DNA of 7,622 bases from Octopus sinensis (taxonomy: Eukaryota), in NCBI RefSeq assembly GCF_006345805.1, contig NW_021828809.1:1-7622 (forward strand). The letters are read 5' to 3'. Positions 7,492-7,622 of this stretch are shown here, piece by piece (position 1 is the stretch's first letter; each line of letters starts with the position of its first letter). A model generated the notes under the pieces. It saw only the letters and a list, made by a program, of their open reading frames with translations, had not been told where the DNA came from and ran no database searches. The translations under genes were made by a program, and so were the position numbers.

Positions 7492-7622
7492 CGATTGGGT
7501 ACCGATAAGTTACTGGCTTTGGGTAAAAGAAAATAGAGGAGGGTCAGCTAACTATGGTTTTATAAAAAACATCCCCTCTCAGATTCGCACACTTACTGCA
7601 TCAGTCCTTTGGTGTTTCTTAA
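7492..7622 (-). mobile_element. Decayed mariner (Tc1/mariner) transposon: terminal inverted repeat plus transposase C-terminus, continuing beyond the window
   Basis: Begins right after a TA dinucleotide with CGATTGGGTACCGATAAGTTACTGGCTT, which resembles mariner TIRs of the CGAGGG...AAGTT type. The minus strand at 7618-7568 reads ETPKD*CSKCANLRGDV, matching the mariner C-terminal motif KL..RW.KC....G.Y.E at the expected short distance from the TIR. The in-frame stop indicates decay. Confidence 0.75.

Overview
This is AT-rich, non-coding eukaryotic (animal) DNA. Roughly half is microsatellite: (TA)n, (TATG)n, (CA)n, (GA/TC)n, (CAT)n, (CTA/TAC)n and (CAG)n. The rest is transposon relics and short unique islands. 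The repeat landscape and the SINE resemble what I recall from octopus genomes, but that is an unverified inference. No intact gene is supported, and the long ORFs in the track are translations of triplet repeats. Best-supported elements: (1) a head-to-tail dimer of a tRNA-derived SINE on the minus strand (2193-2585, 183-bp period, 10 substitutions); (2) the 3' end of an RTE/BovB-clade LINE with a frameshifting internal deletion (6797-7030); (3) a 160-nt inverted repeat directly after it, whose inner mismatches are all G-U compatible (7033-7192); (4) a roughly 200-bp multi-hairpin segment inside a TA tract (7268-7467); (5) the end of a decayed mariner transposon running off the right edge (7492-7622); (6) a 104-bp segment flanked by 15-bp direct repeats in a (TATG)n tract (71-174). 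I see no evidence for a new gene-encoded system. The leads worth checking are structured non-coding or mobile elements.
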